A stretch of DNA of 64,000 bases from the NCBI GenBank assembly GCA_021108075.1, contig JAIORP010000171.1, positions 68,041-132,040 of the forward strand, read 5' to 3'. The notes below the pieces were generated by a model that was given only the letters and a program-made list of their open reading frames with translations, was not told the origin of the DNA and did not search any database. This DNA comes from Candidatus Omnitrophota bacterium (GTDB taxonomy: Bacteria > Omnitrophota > Gorgyraeia > Zapsychrales > Zapsychraceae). The translations under genes and the position numbers were made by a program. Within the stretch, counting starts at the first letter, position 1; each line of letters begins with the position of its first letter. Positions 30,001 to 40,430 of this stretch are shown in pieces.

Positions 30001-30087
30001 GTGTGACTGTGACTAATTATTTATTTCAATTTACCTTTTGCGATGCAAAAATTAAATGCACAAAATAAAAAATTAGTTCCATCACAC
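30001..30087. repeat. 87-bp imperfect foldback between mreB and mreC
   Basis: Nested inverted blocks GTGTGA/TCACAC, ACTAATT/AATTAGT, TTTATTT/AAATAAA, TTTTGC/GCAAAA. Confidence 0.65.
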
Positions 30088-30112
30088 ATCTTTTCGTATT
30101 CTGAAACCAATA

Positions 30113-31186
30113 TTAAAAATCTAATTTTGTTGGAACAATAATCCTTCTTCTCAACCGTAGTGGCATATGCAACATCTGACCGGTGCCTAAAACAACTGCC
30201 GTTAAAGGATCATCTGCGATATGGACGGGCAAACCGGTTTCTTCGGCAATACGCTTATCTAAACCTCTTAACAACGAACCACCTCCCGCCATAACAATGC
30301 CCCTGTCAATCAAATCAGCTGACAACTCTGGAGGAGTCTGTTCTAATGTTGATTTTGACGCATCAACAATAGCCTGAACGGGATCTTGCAATGCTTCCCG
30401 AACTTCTATGGATGTGATTGTAATGGTCTTCGGTAAACCAGCAATCAAATCACGACCGCGCACATCCATATTCAATTCTTCTTCTAACGGATAGGCTGAC
30501 CCGATTCGAATCTTAATTTCTTCAGCGGTTCTTTCGCCAATCATCAAATTATATGTTTTGCGCAGGTATTCAACAATCGCGGCATCCATCTCATCACCGG
30601 CAATGCGGATGGATTTGGCGTAGACCAGGCCCCCCAGGGAAATAACAGCGAATTCCGTCGTCCCACCCCCGACATCAATGATCATGTTACCCGCGGCTTC
30701 TTCAACCGGCAAACCGACACCGACAGCCGCAGCTTTAGGCTCTTCGATCAGTTCAACTGACCGGGCCCCTGCCCGTTCCGCTGAATCCCGAACCGCTCTC
30801 TTCTCAACAGCCGTGATCCCGGAAGGAATGGCAATAACCATGGCAGGACTTAATAAGGTCTTTCGACGATGGACTTTTTTGATAAAATACTTCAACATCG
30901 CTTCCGTAATCTCAAAATCAGAAATAACCCCGTCTTTCATTGGTCGAATAGCAACGATATTTCCAGGTGTACGGCCCAACATTTTCTTTGCTTCCTCACC
31001 AACAGCTACGACCCGGTTTGTATCTTTCTCAATAGCGACAACCGAAGGCTCACACAGAACAACGCCCTCCCCTTTAACAAAGACCAAAGTCGTTGCCGTA
31101 CCTAAATCAATGCCAATATCATTAGAAAAAAGACCGAGGATGTAATTAAACATTTTCCTGAAAAGTCTGAAGAGTTTTTGTAACAT
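30113..31186 (-). CDS. mreB: Rod shape-determining protein MreB
   Basis: [35 protein letters not shown]; start placed at ATG 31186 (AAGGA upstream). Confidence 0.96.
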   Translation of the reverse strand: MLQKLFRLFRKMFNYILGLFSNDIGIDLGTATTLVFVKGEGVVLCEPSVVAIEKDTNRVVAVGEEAKKMLGRTPGNIVAIRPMKDGVISDFEITEAMLKYFIKKVHRRKTLLSPAMVIAIPSGITAVEKRAVRDSAERAGARSVELIEEPKAAAVGVGLPVEEAAGNMIIDVGGGTTEFAVISLGGLVYAKSIRIAGDEMDAAIVEYLRKTYNLMIGERTAEEIKIRIGSAYPLEEELNMDVRGRDLIAGLPKTITITSIEVREALQDPVQAIVDASKSTLEQTPPELSADLIDRGIVMAGGGSLLRGLDKRIAEETGLPVHIADDPLTAVVLGTGQMLHMPLRLRRRIIVPTKLDF

Positions 31187-31590
31187 GAATATTTCCTTTA
31201 GGATATGGGTAGGCAAACTTTTTATATAATATCACAACTGTGTGAATTAAAGCTGTATCTCGTATTTCATGAAACATATCTCGTCGAAATATTTTCGCTT
31301 CACCAGACACAAACGACGCTTCACACATTCAGGTCCCACACACTTATTACGATGATCAGGTGTCAACAACTTAGACGTGAATGACATAATATGAATCTTT
31401 AAATAGAAATTGATTTTAAGTTTTATAATACTATATGAAAAAAAATACACTGTCAATCAGTTTTTCATCACTCATTACGCCATTTTTTTCTTTGAGCGCA
31501 TACTTCTTGCCATCAAATTATTTAGAAAGGAATGTGGTTGGCCGTTCACACGATATGGATGGAATTCAACAAACAATCACATGAAATGGA

Positions 31591-32889
31591 CTAACGGTCG
31601 TTTCTTTGCAATGAAGCGTCAACATGCAAAATTTTAAAATCTTTAACAAAATCAGGGTAAGATTTTTGGGTGCATTCAATATCTTTAATTCGGACAGCGT
31701 GTTTTATCCCAAAAACACTAAAAGCCATGGCAAGGCGATGGTCATTATGCGGATCAATCAAAACATTCTCTTTGTACTCTTGTAACGGATGAATAATTAA
31801 TTCATCCTCTTTCTCATCAACCCGCGCCCCTACCTTTAACAGTTCCTTTCTTAAGTCACTAATTCGGTCCGATTCCTTCACTCTTGCATGCTTAATATTT
31901 CTCAAACGTGTTTTCCGCCGGGCGAAAAGGGCTAAAATGGCCATGATCGGCACCAAATCCGGGGCGTCTTTTAAAGAAAAACTCCCTCCCTTTAAAACAA
32001 AGGGGCCTTTGACCTTAATGCTTCGTGATGTCTTTTTGAAATCCACACCAAGCGCTTCCAGCAGGGGAAAGATATGTCCATCTGCCTGGATGAGGTCATC
32101 AGAAAAAAATCCATTCAACGTCACGTCCGACTTTGTTAACACAGCGGCCGCCATTGGAAAAGCAGCTAAACCATAATCTGACGGCACATGAAACCGGCGC
32201 AACCCCTTATAAACCTGGTTCCCTTTTATCTGATACAAGCGAGCCTCCTTTTTATGAACACTGACGCCTGCCCGTTCTAAAACTTGCTGTGTCATGGTAA
32301 TGTAATCGGAGGAAACAATTTTACGGCCGACCAATTTCAGCCGGGTATCAACACCCAACATCGGACAGGTTATCAACAAAGCAGAAATAAACTGAGAGCT
32401 CAATGAACCATCGATGGCAATCGTTCCCCCCTGCATAGATTGAGGTTTGATAACAATAGGCACACTCTCGACTTGTCCTCGACCTTCAATTGAGGCACCC
32501 ATTCGCCGTAATGTTTCCGTCAAAAAATGGTTGGGCCTTCCTTTCAAGCTTCCCTCTCCGACAATCCGGCAGGGCTCATTTTTCAGACAGGCCAGGGGCA
32601 ACAAAAACCGCAATCCGGTTCCAGATTCCTGAACATTGATACGGGGTGAAATCGAGGCTCTGGAATCGACAAAAACATTCCAAACGCCCTCTTTGACTTC
32701 CTGCACCTGTGCGCCTAAAGCAGAGGCTATTTGACGGGCAACAATGGCATCCTTACAATTGGAAGGGGATATTATCTGAGACCGCCCACCACAAGCGGCT
32801 ATTATGAATGCGCGGATAGAATAGGATTTCGAAGCGGGCAAATAAATATGGCCACTTAATTCTGTCGTCGGGGAGACATGGAATATCAT
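31591..32889 (-). CDS. aroA: 3-phosphoshikimate 1-carboxyvinyltransferase
   Basis: ASKSYSIR, ESGT..RF, SSQFISALL, RVKESDRI, DHRLAM, KSYPDF. Confidence 0.95.
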   Translation of the reverse strand: MIFHVSPTTELSGHIYLPASKSYSIRAFIIAACGGRSQIISPSNCKDAIVARQIASALGAQVQEVKEGVWNVFVDSRASISPRINVQESGTGLRFLLPLACLKNEPCRIVGEGSLKGRPNHFLTETLRRMGASIEGRGQVESVPIVIKPQSMQGGTIAIDGSLSSQFISALLITCPMLGVDTRLKLVGRKIVSSDYITMTQQVLERAGVSVHKKEARLYQIKGNQVYKGLRRFHVPSDYGLAAFPMAAAVLTKSDVTLNGFFSDDLIQADGHIFPLLEALGVDFKKTSRSIKVKGPFVLKGGSFSLKDAPDLVPIMAILALFARRKTRLRNIKHARVKESDRISDLRKELLKVGARVDEKEDELIIHPLQEYKENVLIDPHNDHRLAMAFSVFGIKHAVRIKDIECTQKSYPDFVKDFKILHVDASLQRNDR

Positions 32890-33848
32890 TTTTTCAAAAC
32901 TACCAAATCATTTTTTCGGATTAACTTGCTCGAGAATGGTGGAAGAATATCAGCAGCCGACATGCTGGGTTGAATACGTGTAACTTTGATATCACCCAAA
33001 TAATTTTTCCCCCGGTAAACAGATAACGTGTTACCAATACCGACGCCATCTTTCTTTCCGATACTAATGATAACAAAATCTGTATCACGGTCGACGCTGA
33101 GGACCCTGCCTTCAGGAGATTCTGCGGACTGGCTGATAACAATCCTGTCCAAAACAACTTCATCGGCTGACTGTTCGGTTTCGGAGTCTATCTTTTCTTC
33201 TGCGACGGGGACTTGGGAATCAGAGGCTAAAGGGTCTGCGACAACGGAACTCTCCTGTTCTTCGTGACCGGCTTGTTTCTTCGCCTTCGTTTCTGTTAAC
33301 TTTTGTTCCAAATCAGCGACATTGTTTTGCAGAGAGGCCAGGTTTTCTTCCATTTTTTTCTTTACCCCTTGAACATCCGCTAATTCTTTTTGGATCTCTG
33401 CCTTAACATCCAACTCTATTTTTAAGCGCCCCTCCAATTCATCAATTTTGTTCTTGGCGGAAACGATCTCTCCGTTCAAACCTTCTTCCAGGTCTTCTTT
33501 AAGCTTTTTTGTTTTCTTTATATCTTCTTTTAATGTGAGGTTTTCAATCTTCAATTCCTCACGTAACCCTTCTTGTAATTCCAAATCATCGAGCAAGTTA
33601 TTGATTCTTTCATCAGCCTCTTTATTCTTTTCTTCCAGTATCAAATTTTGTTTTCTCTTCTCTTCCAAGTCTTCATTTAGGATTTCCTCCGACGCTATGC
33701 TTTTATCCAAATGTTCTTGAACAAATTTCCGGCGTTCAATCTCTTTCTGGAAAAAAAATAAAGATATGGCTGTTAACGAAATGAGTAATATAGCGATAAT
33801 AACAGAAAATACAATAAGTACTTTTCCGGATGAATTCATTTTTGTCAT
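32886..33848 (-). CDS. Membrane-anchored coiled-coil protein with C-terminal beta domain
   Basis: N-terminal TM, long E/K-rich coiled coil, FVIISIGKKDGV C-terminal domain. Confidence 0.7.
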   Translation of the reverse strand: MTKMNSSGKVLIVFSVIIAILLISLTAISLFFFQKEIERRKFVQEHLDKSIASEEILNEDLEEKRKQNLILEEKNKEADERINNLLDDLELQEGLREELKIENLTLKEDIKKTKKLKEDLEEGLNGEIVSAKNKIDELEGRLKIELDVKAEIQKELADVQGVKKKMEENLASLQNNVADLEQKLTETKAKKQAGHEEQESSVVADPLASDSQVPVAEEKIDSETEQSADEVVLDRIVISQSAESPEGRVLSVDRDTDFVIISIGKKDGVGIGNTLSVYRGKNYLGDIKVTRIQPSMSAADILPPFSSKLIRKNDLVVLKK

Positions 33849-33982
33849 CTTGCATGTCCTTTTATAGAGTGAGTTAACTTTATTAATTACATCTAGTTAT
33901 AGTAATTAGCAATTTATATTATATATAAAATAGACTATAAGTAAAGATTCTATTTCATCTTTTATCTTGCGCGGTAAATGCG

Positions 33983-34882
33983 TTACTTATGGGCAAGAAA
34001 CTCGCGGGGCGGCCGCGAAAAGAACGCGATATATTTCTTTGAAAAAGGATGTTGCAAGGCAATCGCCTGGGCGTGCAATGCCAGTCGGGGAAAAGAACGG
34101 CTATGACCATACTTGTCATCGCCTAAAATCGGATGCTTGTGGTAAGACATATGGACGCGCAATTGATGCGTTCGTCCCGTGCGTGGGAACAGGGCCACCA
34201 ACGTGCTGCCTGTCAAGCGCCGCACAACTTTGTAATACGTGACCGCCTTTTTCCCTGTTGAGTTGTAGCACACGCCCATTTTATCTTTGTGACGGGTATG
34301 CCGGGCGAGGGGATCTCTGATAACCCCCTCATCAAAACGGATATGCCCTTCGACCAATGCGATGTATTTTTTCCAGATCGTGTGCCGTTGAAATTGCCTG
34401 GCAATCTTTGTGTGCGCGATATTGTTTTTGGCCACGATGATTAGTCCCGACGTGCTTTGATCAAGACGATGAACGATTCCCGGACGATGGTCTTCATTAA
34501 CACCTGATAATTCAACACTATGGTTTAACAGGGCATTGACAAGCGTTCCCGTATATTGTCCCGTCGCTGGATGCACCATAAGCCCACAGGGCTTATTCAC
34601 AATGATAATGTGATCATCCTCATAAAAAATATCGAGCGGGATATCCTCGGGTTCGATATACTGCGGTCGCAAAAAATTTTTCGGGATCGTTATCCAAACA
34701 TCATCCCCTTCCATGATCTTATGATGCGGCTTGACAACCCGTTCATTAACTTTAACATGTCCGTCAATAATCAATTTTTTCACAAAAGTTCTGGAAGGAA
34801 TATCCGCTAAGGCCTCTGCCAGATAAACGTCTAAACGTTCATGCGCGTCTTGAGCTAAAACTTTCAATAGTTGTGACGGCAA
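33983..34882 (-). CDS. rluD: RluA/RluD family pseudouridine synthase
   Basis: S4 domain (RLDVYL), NKPCG, HRLD, TGRTHQLRVH, PILGD. Confidence 0.88.
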   Translation of the reverse strand: MPSQLLKVLAQDAHERLDVYLAEALADIPSRTFVKKLIIDGHVKVNERVVKPHHKIMEGDDVWITIPKNFLRPQYIEPEDIPLDIFYEDDHIIIVNKPCGLMVHPATGQYTGTLVNALLNHSVELSGVNEDHRPGIVHRLDQSTSGLIIVAKNNIAHTKIARQFQRHTIWKKYIALVEGHIRFDEGVIRDPLARHTRHKDKMGVCYNSTGKKAVTYYKVVRRLTGSTLVALFPRTGRTHQLRVHMSYHKHPILGDDKYGHSRSFPRLALHAQAIALQHPFSKKYIAFFSRPPREFLAHK

Positions 34883-34883
34883 G

Positions 34884-35621
34884 TTACACCCTCTTATCTG
34901 TCTTTTTTAAAACAATGGTCAATATCACGGCCATGGAAAATATGCCTAAACAAACATACTGATAAACGCTTAATCCGCCAAGAAGGACAAAATGATCCGC
35001 ACGGGCAAACTCAATAAAGAATCTCAAACTCGCGGCAAGATAAAGATATTTGACAAAAATAAAACCTGGTGTCATCACCTTGCGCTGTGACTTTTTCAAT
35101 ATCAAAAAAACACAAAATAGCCCTGCCATCGAATATAGTTGCGTCGGAATCAAGCGGGCTCCGTGCACGGGGAAATAAATCCCCCAACTCGACGCGTGCC
35201 CATAACAGCAACCATTAAGAAAACAACCGATACGGCCTATCGATTGTCCCAGGGCGAGATAGGGTGCCCCTAGATCAAGAACCATGAATAAAGGCCACTT
35301 TTTCCTGCGGGCGTAAAGGATCGAGGTTATTGTCCCGGAAACAAAACTTCCCTGCCAGGCGAGCCCTCCATGCTGCAGCATAATCATTTCTAACGGGTCA
35401 TCAAGAAAAAAACTCAAATTCATTAAAATATAAAAAACGCGCGCGCCGAGGATCCCAAACACGACAACCCAAAAGACAAAATCAATGACATCATCCTTAT
35501 TAATCCCTTTGCGATGGGCGTCTTTAGCTAAGAGGAAACTGCAGATAATGACGGATATGGCCAAAAAAACCCCGTAAGCATATACAGTGAACGGACCGAA
35601 TTGACATATGGTGGGATACAT
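34884..35621 (-). CDS. lgt: Prolipoprotein diacylglyceryl transferase
   Basis: GARVFY, GGL, GRIGCFLNGCCYG, PTQLY, RFFIEF.R. Confidence 0.94.
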   Translation of the reverse strand: MYPTICQFGPFTVYAYGVFLAISVIICSFLLAKDAHRKGINKDDVIDFVFWVVVFGILGARVFYILMNLSFFLDDPLEMIMLQHGGLAWQGSFVSGTITSILYARRKKWPLFMVLDLGAPYLALGQSIGRIGCFLNGCCYGHASSWGIYFPVHGARLIPTQLYSMAGLFCVFLILKKSQRKVMTPGFIFVKYLYLAASLRFFIEFARADHFVLLGGLSVYQYVCLGIFSMAVILTIVLKKTDKRV

Positions 35622-35657
35622 ATACTATTTTTCTGTTGAAATGTTAAAAAATTTAGA

Positions 35658-36137
35658 TTATCTCTTCAATTGAAAACATTCAAAAGCAACCAAAGACGCC
35701 CCGATTGTAATCGCGCTATCGGCGACATTAAATACCGGCCACACCATAAAGTCTAAGAAGTCAATAACATATCCAAAGGCAATCCGATCGATTAAATTGC
35801 CAATCGCACCGCCAAGAATCAATGAGAACGCGATAATGTAAAGTCGGCTGAGGGCTTGATTATTTTGTCTATAGTAGTAGACATTGAAAATTAATAAGAT
35901 GATTAAAAAGATAGGGATAACGATGAAAACAATACCCTGGTCTTTAAAAAAACCAAAAGCGATTCCGGTATTATGAACAAGCGTTAAGTGAAAAATTTTT
36001 TTTATAACAGGAATTGTTTCGCCGATGAAAAGTAAATTGGCAAAAAAAGACTTCGTTAATCGGTCAATCGCAACAACAGTAAAAGTGATCAACAAGGATA
36101 TGACAATATCTGTTTGCGAGCGTTTCGGTCCCTTCAT
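35658..36137 (-). CDS. lspA: Lipoprotein signal peptidase II
   Basis: NTGIAFG, GGAIGNLIDR, VIDF, FNVADSAI. Confidence 0.95.
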   Translation of the reverse strand: MKGPKRSQTDIVISLLITFTVVAIDRLTKSFFANLLFIGETIPVIKKIFHLTLVHNTGIAFGFFKDQGIVFIVIPIFLIILLIFNVYYYRQNNQALSRLYIIAFSLILGGAIGNLIDRIAFGYVIDFLDFMVWPVFNVADSAITIGASLVAFECFQLKR

Positions 36138-36179
36138 TATTTATGATGGTCTCATCTATTAGGCGGATTTAAAGAGAAG

Positions 36180-36584
36180 TTATCCTCTAGGATTATTCTT
36201 GTTTTCTAATTCTTCTTGATATTTCAAACAATATTCAGCATATGGAATCGCTTTTAACCTGGCCTTAGCGATTAATTTACTCGTGCCTAAGCAAACACCA
36301 AAAGTGCCTTCTTCTATACGCCTCAAGGCTTCATCTATTTTCTGCAAAATTTCTCTTTCGGTGGAAGCCAACCCTAAATTAAATTCGCGATCATACATAT
36401 CTGTAGCCACATCAGCCATATGCATCACATGACCGGAAACATCTTTTGAATCATTCTCGTCAGAGCCCGGACTATGCGTCATGCTTCTAATATCGTGGAT
36501 AAGATCTAGCTTCATCTTTATTAAGAGCTTTTTGAAGTATTCCATGTTTTTCTTATCCATTTTCTTCTGCTGCGTCATTGACAA
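36180..36584 (-). CDS. DksA/TraR family regulator
   Basis: HMADVATD coiled-coil tip, IDEALRRIEEGTFGVC, ARLKAIPY; only two of four zinc-finger Cys. Confidence 0.88.
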   Translation of the reverse strand: MSMTQQKKMDKKNMEYFKKLLIKMKLDLIHDIRSMTHSPGSDENDSKDVSGHVMHMADVATDMYDREFNLGLASTEREILQKIDEALRRIEEGTFGVCLGTSKLIAKARLKAIPYAEYCLKYQEELENKNNPRG

Positions 36585-39384
36585 ACTCCTTTACGATTTC
36601 TGCGCATCGCGCACATAACGTTTTATGTTCCTTTACTTCACCTATATCCATCTTATAATTCCAACAGCGTGGACACTTGTCCCCCTGCGCTTTCACAATC
36701 ACAATCTCCGTCTTCCCGAAAAATTCACTCAAACAATTTTTAATGTCTTCAACTTGATGAATCTCTACCTGTGAAACAATAAACGCGGCCGGCAAAAAGC
36801 CTTCGCGCTGCTTGAAATATATTTTATCGCGGTCACTTGCCGTCCGAATAATAACTTTCGCTTCCAAAGAGCTGCCGATATCACCATCGCGTCGTTTATC
36901 CTCTAACGCCTTCAAAACAAACGGTCGAATTGCCGTTAACAGTTCAAATTCTTTAATGATTTCTTCATTTAACCATTCATCCGGAATCGTTAGCCACTCT
37001 AATAAATGGACACTCGGGACCGTAAGCGCATCTTGATCTTTCGGCATCGATTGAAAAATTTCATCAGAAGTAAAACACAAAATAGGCGCCAGAACACGAA
37101 CAAAATGGTTCAGAATATTAAAAAGAGCCGTTTGGGCGGATTTTCTATCCACTGATTTTGTGGAGGAAGTATATAACCTATCTTTTAATATGTCAAGATA
37201 AAAACTGGAAAGATCTTCGTTACAAAAATTGTATAATGTTTTGTAGACCTTTGAAAATTCATAAGATTCATATTGCTGGACAACCTTTTGCATCGTCATT
37301 CCGAGCCTATTAAGCACCCATTTATCAAGATCCAGCATTTGACTATAGGGAACAACATCAGCACCGACATCAAACCCGTTCAAATTTCCTAATAAAAAAC
37401 GGATCGTGTTCCGGATTTTACGATACGCGTCAATGAGCCGGTCTAATATTTCTTTTGAAATACGAATATCTTCATTATATGAACTGGACGCAATCCATAG
37501 TCTCAGTATGTCCGCACCACTCCTGGGAAGAACATCTTGGGGGCTTATCACGTTTCCTAAGGACTTTGACATTTTTCGCCCTTGCCCATCAACAACAAAC
37601 CCATGGGTCAAGACACTTTTATAGGGTGCTTTCCCTTCCATCGCAACAGATGAAATCAGCGAGGACTGAAACCACCCGCGATGCTGATCTGAGCCTTCTA
37701 AATACATATCAATGGGTAATTCTTGCCCCAACATATTCTTAGCAACGGCTTGATGGCTGACACCTGAGTCAAACCAGACATCCAGGATATCTTTGGTTTG
37801 GACAAAATCGCTCTTTCCGCAGTCAGGGCAGCTAAACCCTTCTGGAAGAAGATCTTTGATGTCTCTCTCAAACCATATATTCGTTCCATGATCTTTGACC
37901 AGGGCCGCAAAATGGTCAATGACTTCGGTAAACAGCTTATGCTGGCCATCACAACCACGACACTCTAAAGCGGGGATGGGAACCCCCCAAAAGCGCTGAC
38001 GGGATAAACACCAATCAGGCCGGCCGGAGACCATCGAAGTGATCCGTTCTTTCCCGGCTGAAGGGATCCACTTAACGTTTTCCTGGATTTCTGCCAGCAA
38101 ACGCCCTCTTAAGTTCAAATGATCAATTTTTAAAAACCACTGTTCCGTTGCCCTGAAAATAATGGGCTTCTTACAACGCCAACAATGGGGATAGGAATGA
38201 CGAATATCTTCCTTAAATAAAATAACATCGCGTATTTGCAGATCTTCTATTATGAGCTTGTTCGCCTTTAAAACATGCTGACCTTGATATTTCTTCGCCT
38301 TTTGGGTATAACAACCCCGGTCATCAACCGGCATAATGACCGGCAAATTATTTGCCAATCCGGTTTCAAAATCATCCTGACCATGTCCTGGCGCGGTATG
38401 GACAAGACCGGTTCCATCTTCCTTGGTCACATAATCCGCACAGACAATCGGGCATTCCTCCAGCATCCCAAAGGGCTGCTCATAACGCAGGTCTGTTAAA
38501 TGTTCCCCTAAAATACCCTTGATAACCTTGTAACGGTCAATCCCGGCCTTTTGCATAACATGTTCGGTTAAAGAACTTTCGATGATCAGAATTTCCTCAT
38601 CTAAGTCGACCAAATGATATTTGAAATGAGGATGAACCGCAACCGCCACATTGGCCATTAGTGTCCACGGGGTCGTTGTCCAGATAAGGACAGAAACCTT
38701 TTTATGGGGCAAATCCAGGCCCAAGACGTCCGGATTCTTAACCTGAAACTTCACATAGACAGTCGGCGAAGAATGATCTTCATACTCGACTTCAGCCTCA
38801 GCTAATGCTGTCTCACAATCAAAGCACCAATTAACAGGTTTTAATCCGCGATAGACATAGCCATCCCGGTTCAGATTCGCTAAAGAATGAAGGATCCAGT
38901 ATTCATAATCAGGGGTTAATGTCAAATACGGCCGATCCCATTCACCAAAAATACCTAATCGCTTAAATTGTTCCTTTTGTATCTCCACGTATTTTAAGGC
39001 ATACTCATGCGCCTTTTTCCGAAACTCAACGCAATCAACTTCCGACTTTCTTTGTTTCATTTCAGCGAGCAATTTGTGTTCAATCGGCAAGCCATGACAA
39101 TCCCAGCCAGGCACGTATATACTGTCAAACCCCTGCATGGTCCTGAATTTAACAATGAAATCTTTCAAAATTTTATTTAAGGCATGACCAATGTGAATAT
39201 TTCCATTCGCATAGGGAGGACCATCATGAAGGATAAATGTCTTACGGTTTTCTGACTTCCGGCGAATCTGTTGATAAATATGATCCGTCTCCCATTTTTC
39301 TAAATAAGCCGGTTCTTTTTGAACCAAACCAGCACGCATAGAAAAAGATGTCTTAGGTAAATTTAATGTTTTTTGATAATCCAT
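36553..39384 (-). CDS. ileS: Isoleucine--tRNA ligase (type 1)
   Basis: HDGPPYANG, HIGH, WTTTPWT, KMSKS, C-terminal CPRC/CARC zinc finger. Confidence 0.97.
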   Translation of the reverse strand: MDYQKTLNLPKTSFSMRAGLVQKEPAYLEKWETDHIYQQIRRKSENRKTFILHDGPPYANGNIHIGHALNKILKDFIVKFRTMQGFDSIYVPGWDCHGLPIEHKLLAEMKQRKSEVDCVEFRKKAHEYALKYVEIQKEQFKRLGIFGEWDRPYLTLTPDYEYWILHSLANLNRDGYVYRGLKPVNWCFDCETALAEAEVEYEDHSSPTVYVKFQVKNPDVLGLDLPHKKVSVLIWTTTPWTLMANVAVAVHPHFKYHLVDLDEEILIIESSLTEHVMQKAGIDRYKVIKGILGEHLTDLRYEQPFGMLEECPIVCADYVTKEDGTGLVHTAPGHGQDDFETGLANNLPVIMPVDDRGCYTQKAKKYQGQHVLKANKLIIEDLQIRDVILFKEDIRHSYPHCWRCKKPIIFRATEQWFLKIDHLNLRGRLLAEIQENVKWIPSAGKERITSMVSGRPDWCLSRQRFWGVPIPALECRGCDGQHKLFTEVIDHFAALVKDHGTNIWFERDIKDLLPEGFSCPDCGKSDFVQTKDILDVWFDSGVSHQAVAKNMLGQELPIDMYLEGSDQHRGWFQSSLISSVAMEGKAPYKSVLTHGFVVDGQGRKMSKSLGNVISPQDVLPRSGADILRLWIASSSYNEDIRISKEILDRLIDAYRKIRNTIRFLLGNLNGFDVGADVVPYSQMLDLDKWVLNRLGMTMQKVVQQYESYEFSKVYKTLYNFCNEDLSSFYLDILKDRLYTSSTKSVDRKSAQTALFNILNHFVRVLAPILCFTSDEIFQSMPKDQDALTVPSVHLLEWLTIPDEWLNEEIIKEFELLTAIRPFVLKALEDKRRDGDIGSSLEAKVIIRTASDRDKIYFKQREGFLPAAFIVSQVEIHQVEDIKNCLSEFFGKTEIVIVKAQGDKCPRCWNYKMDIGEVKEHKTLCARCAEIVKEFVNDAAEENG

Positions 39385-39432
39385 TTTTTAGTCATCCTTT
39401 AGTATCAGATCTCATCCTTCTATCAAACAACT

Positions 39433-40299
39433 TTAAACTGAGATATATTTTCCGATTAAAATCTGCCATTGCTTCTTCACTTGCTCAGGAACAACACCGG
39501 GATCTGTTACAATCGCCTCTTTTAATGCATCTTTAGCACTAAAATTTGTTAAAGCCCCAACTTTAGGGATAGCCTTTTTAATAATTTCTTTTGCTTTGGC
39601 GGCATTGTTTTGAAGATTCTCCATAATCATATCCACTGTGACAGAATCATGACCCGGATGCCAGCAATCATAGTCTGTCACCGAGCATAGTGACGCATAA
39701 GAGATCTCAGCTTCCCGGGCCAGTTTGGCCTCAACCATGTTTGTCATGCCGATCACATCCATGCCCCATTGCCGATACAGATGAGATTCGGCTCTGGTTG
39801 AAAACTGAGGGCCTTCCATGTTGATGTAGGTTCCCTTCTTATGAATGGTCACACCCTCATCATTACAGCACCCCAAAAGAACGTCGCGTATTTCCGGAGA
39901 TATTGGCTCAGCCATAGAAACGTGAGCGACCACCTGCTCTGTAAAAAAACTTGATTCCCGGGCATAATTTGTTCGATCAACGAATTGATCCGGCAAAATA
40001 AAATCCAACGGTTTATATTGTTCTTGCAAACTGCCGACCGCTGAAATTGAAATAATGGCATCAACGCCTAATCTTTTCATTTCAAAAATATTAGCACGAT
40101 AATTAACCTGACTGGGCGCAATATGATGGCCTTTTCCGTGTCGGGCAAGAAAGATAACTTCCACCCCTTCCAATAATCCGACGATAAAACGATCTGACGG
40201 TCGACCAAAGGGTGTATCTAAAAAGATAAGGTCATCCGTTTTCTGCAGTCCTTCGATATCATTTAACCCGCTTCCACCGATTATCCCTATTTTCGCCAT
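39433..40299 (-). CDS. mtnP: S-methyl-5'-thioadenosine phosphorylase
   Basis: IGIIGGSG, ARHG, EGPQFSTRAES, VTDYDCW; start at ATG 40299 after GGAGG. Confidence 0.93.
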   Translation of the reverse strand: MAKIGIIGGSGLNDIEGLQKTDDLIFLDTPFGRPSDRFIVGLLEGVEVIFLARHGKGHHIAPSQVNYRANIFEMKRLGVDAIISISAVGSLQEQYKPLDFILPDQFVDRTNYARESSFFTEQVVAHVSMAEPISPEIRDVLLGCCNDEGVTIHKKGTYINMEGPQFSTRAESHLYRQWGMDVIGMTNMVEAKLAREAEISYASLCSVTDYDCWHPGHDSVTVDMIMENLQNNAAKAKEIIKKAIPKVGALTNFSAKDALKEAIVTDPGVVPEQVKKQWQILIGKYISV

Positions 40300-40347
40300 G
40301 ACCGCCTCCTTCATTATTGCAAAATACTATTTTTTAATCTGAAATCA

Positions 40348-40427
40348 TACCAAATCCATTAATAAATTGTTCTATCTTAATTCTGAAAAGCAAAATTGGT
40401 TTTGGTCATTATTTAATAAAATTGGTA
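40348..40427. mobile_element. MITE-like element, subfamily A-short, 80 bp
   Basis: TACCAAATCCATTAA...TTAATAAAATTGGTA; TCA on both flanks (40345-40347, 40428-40430). Confidence 0.88.
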
Positions 40428-40430
40428 TCA

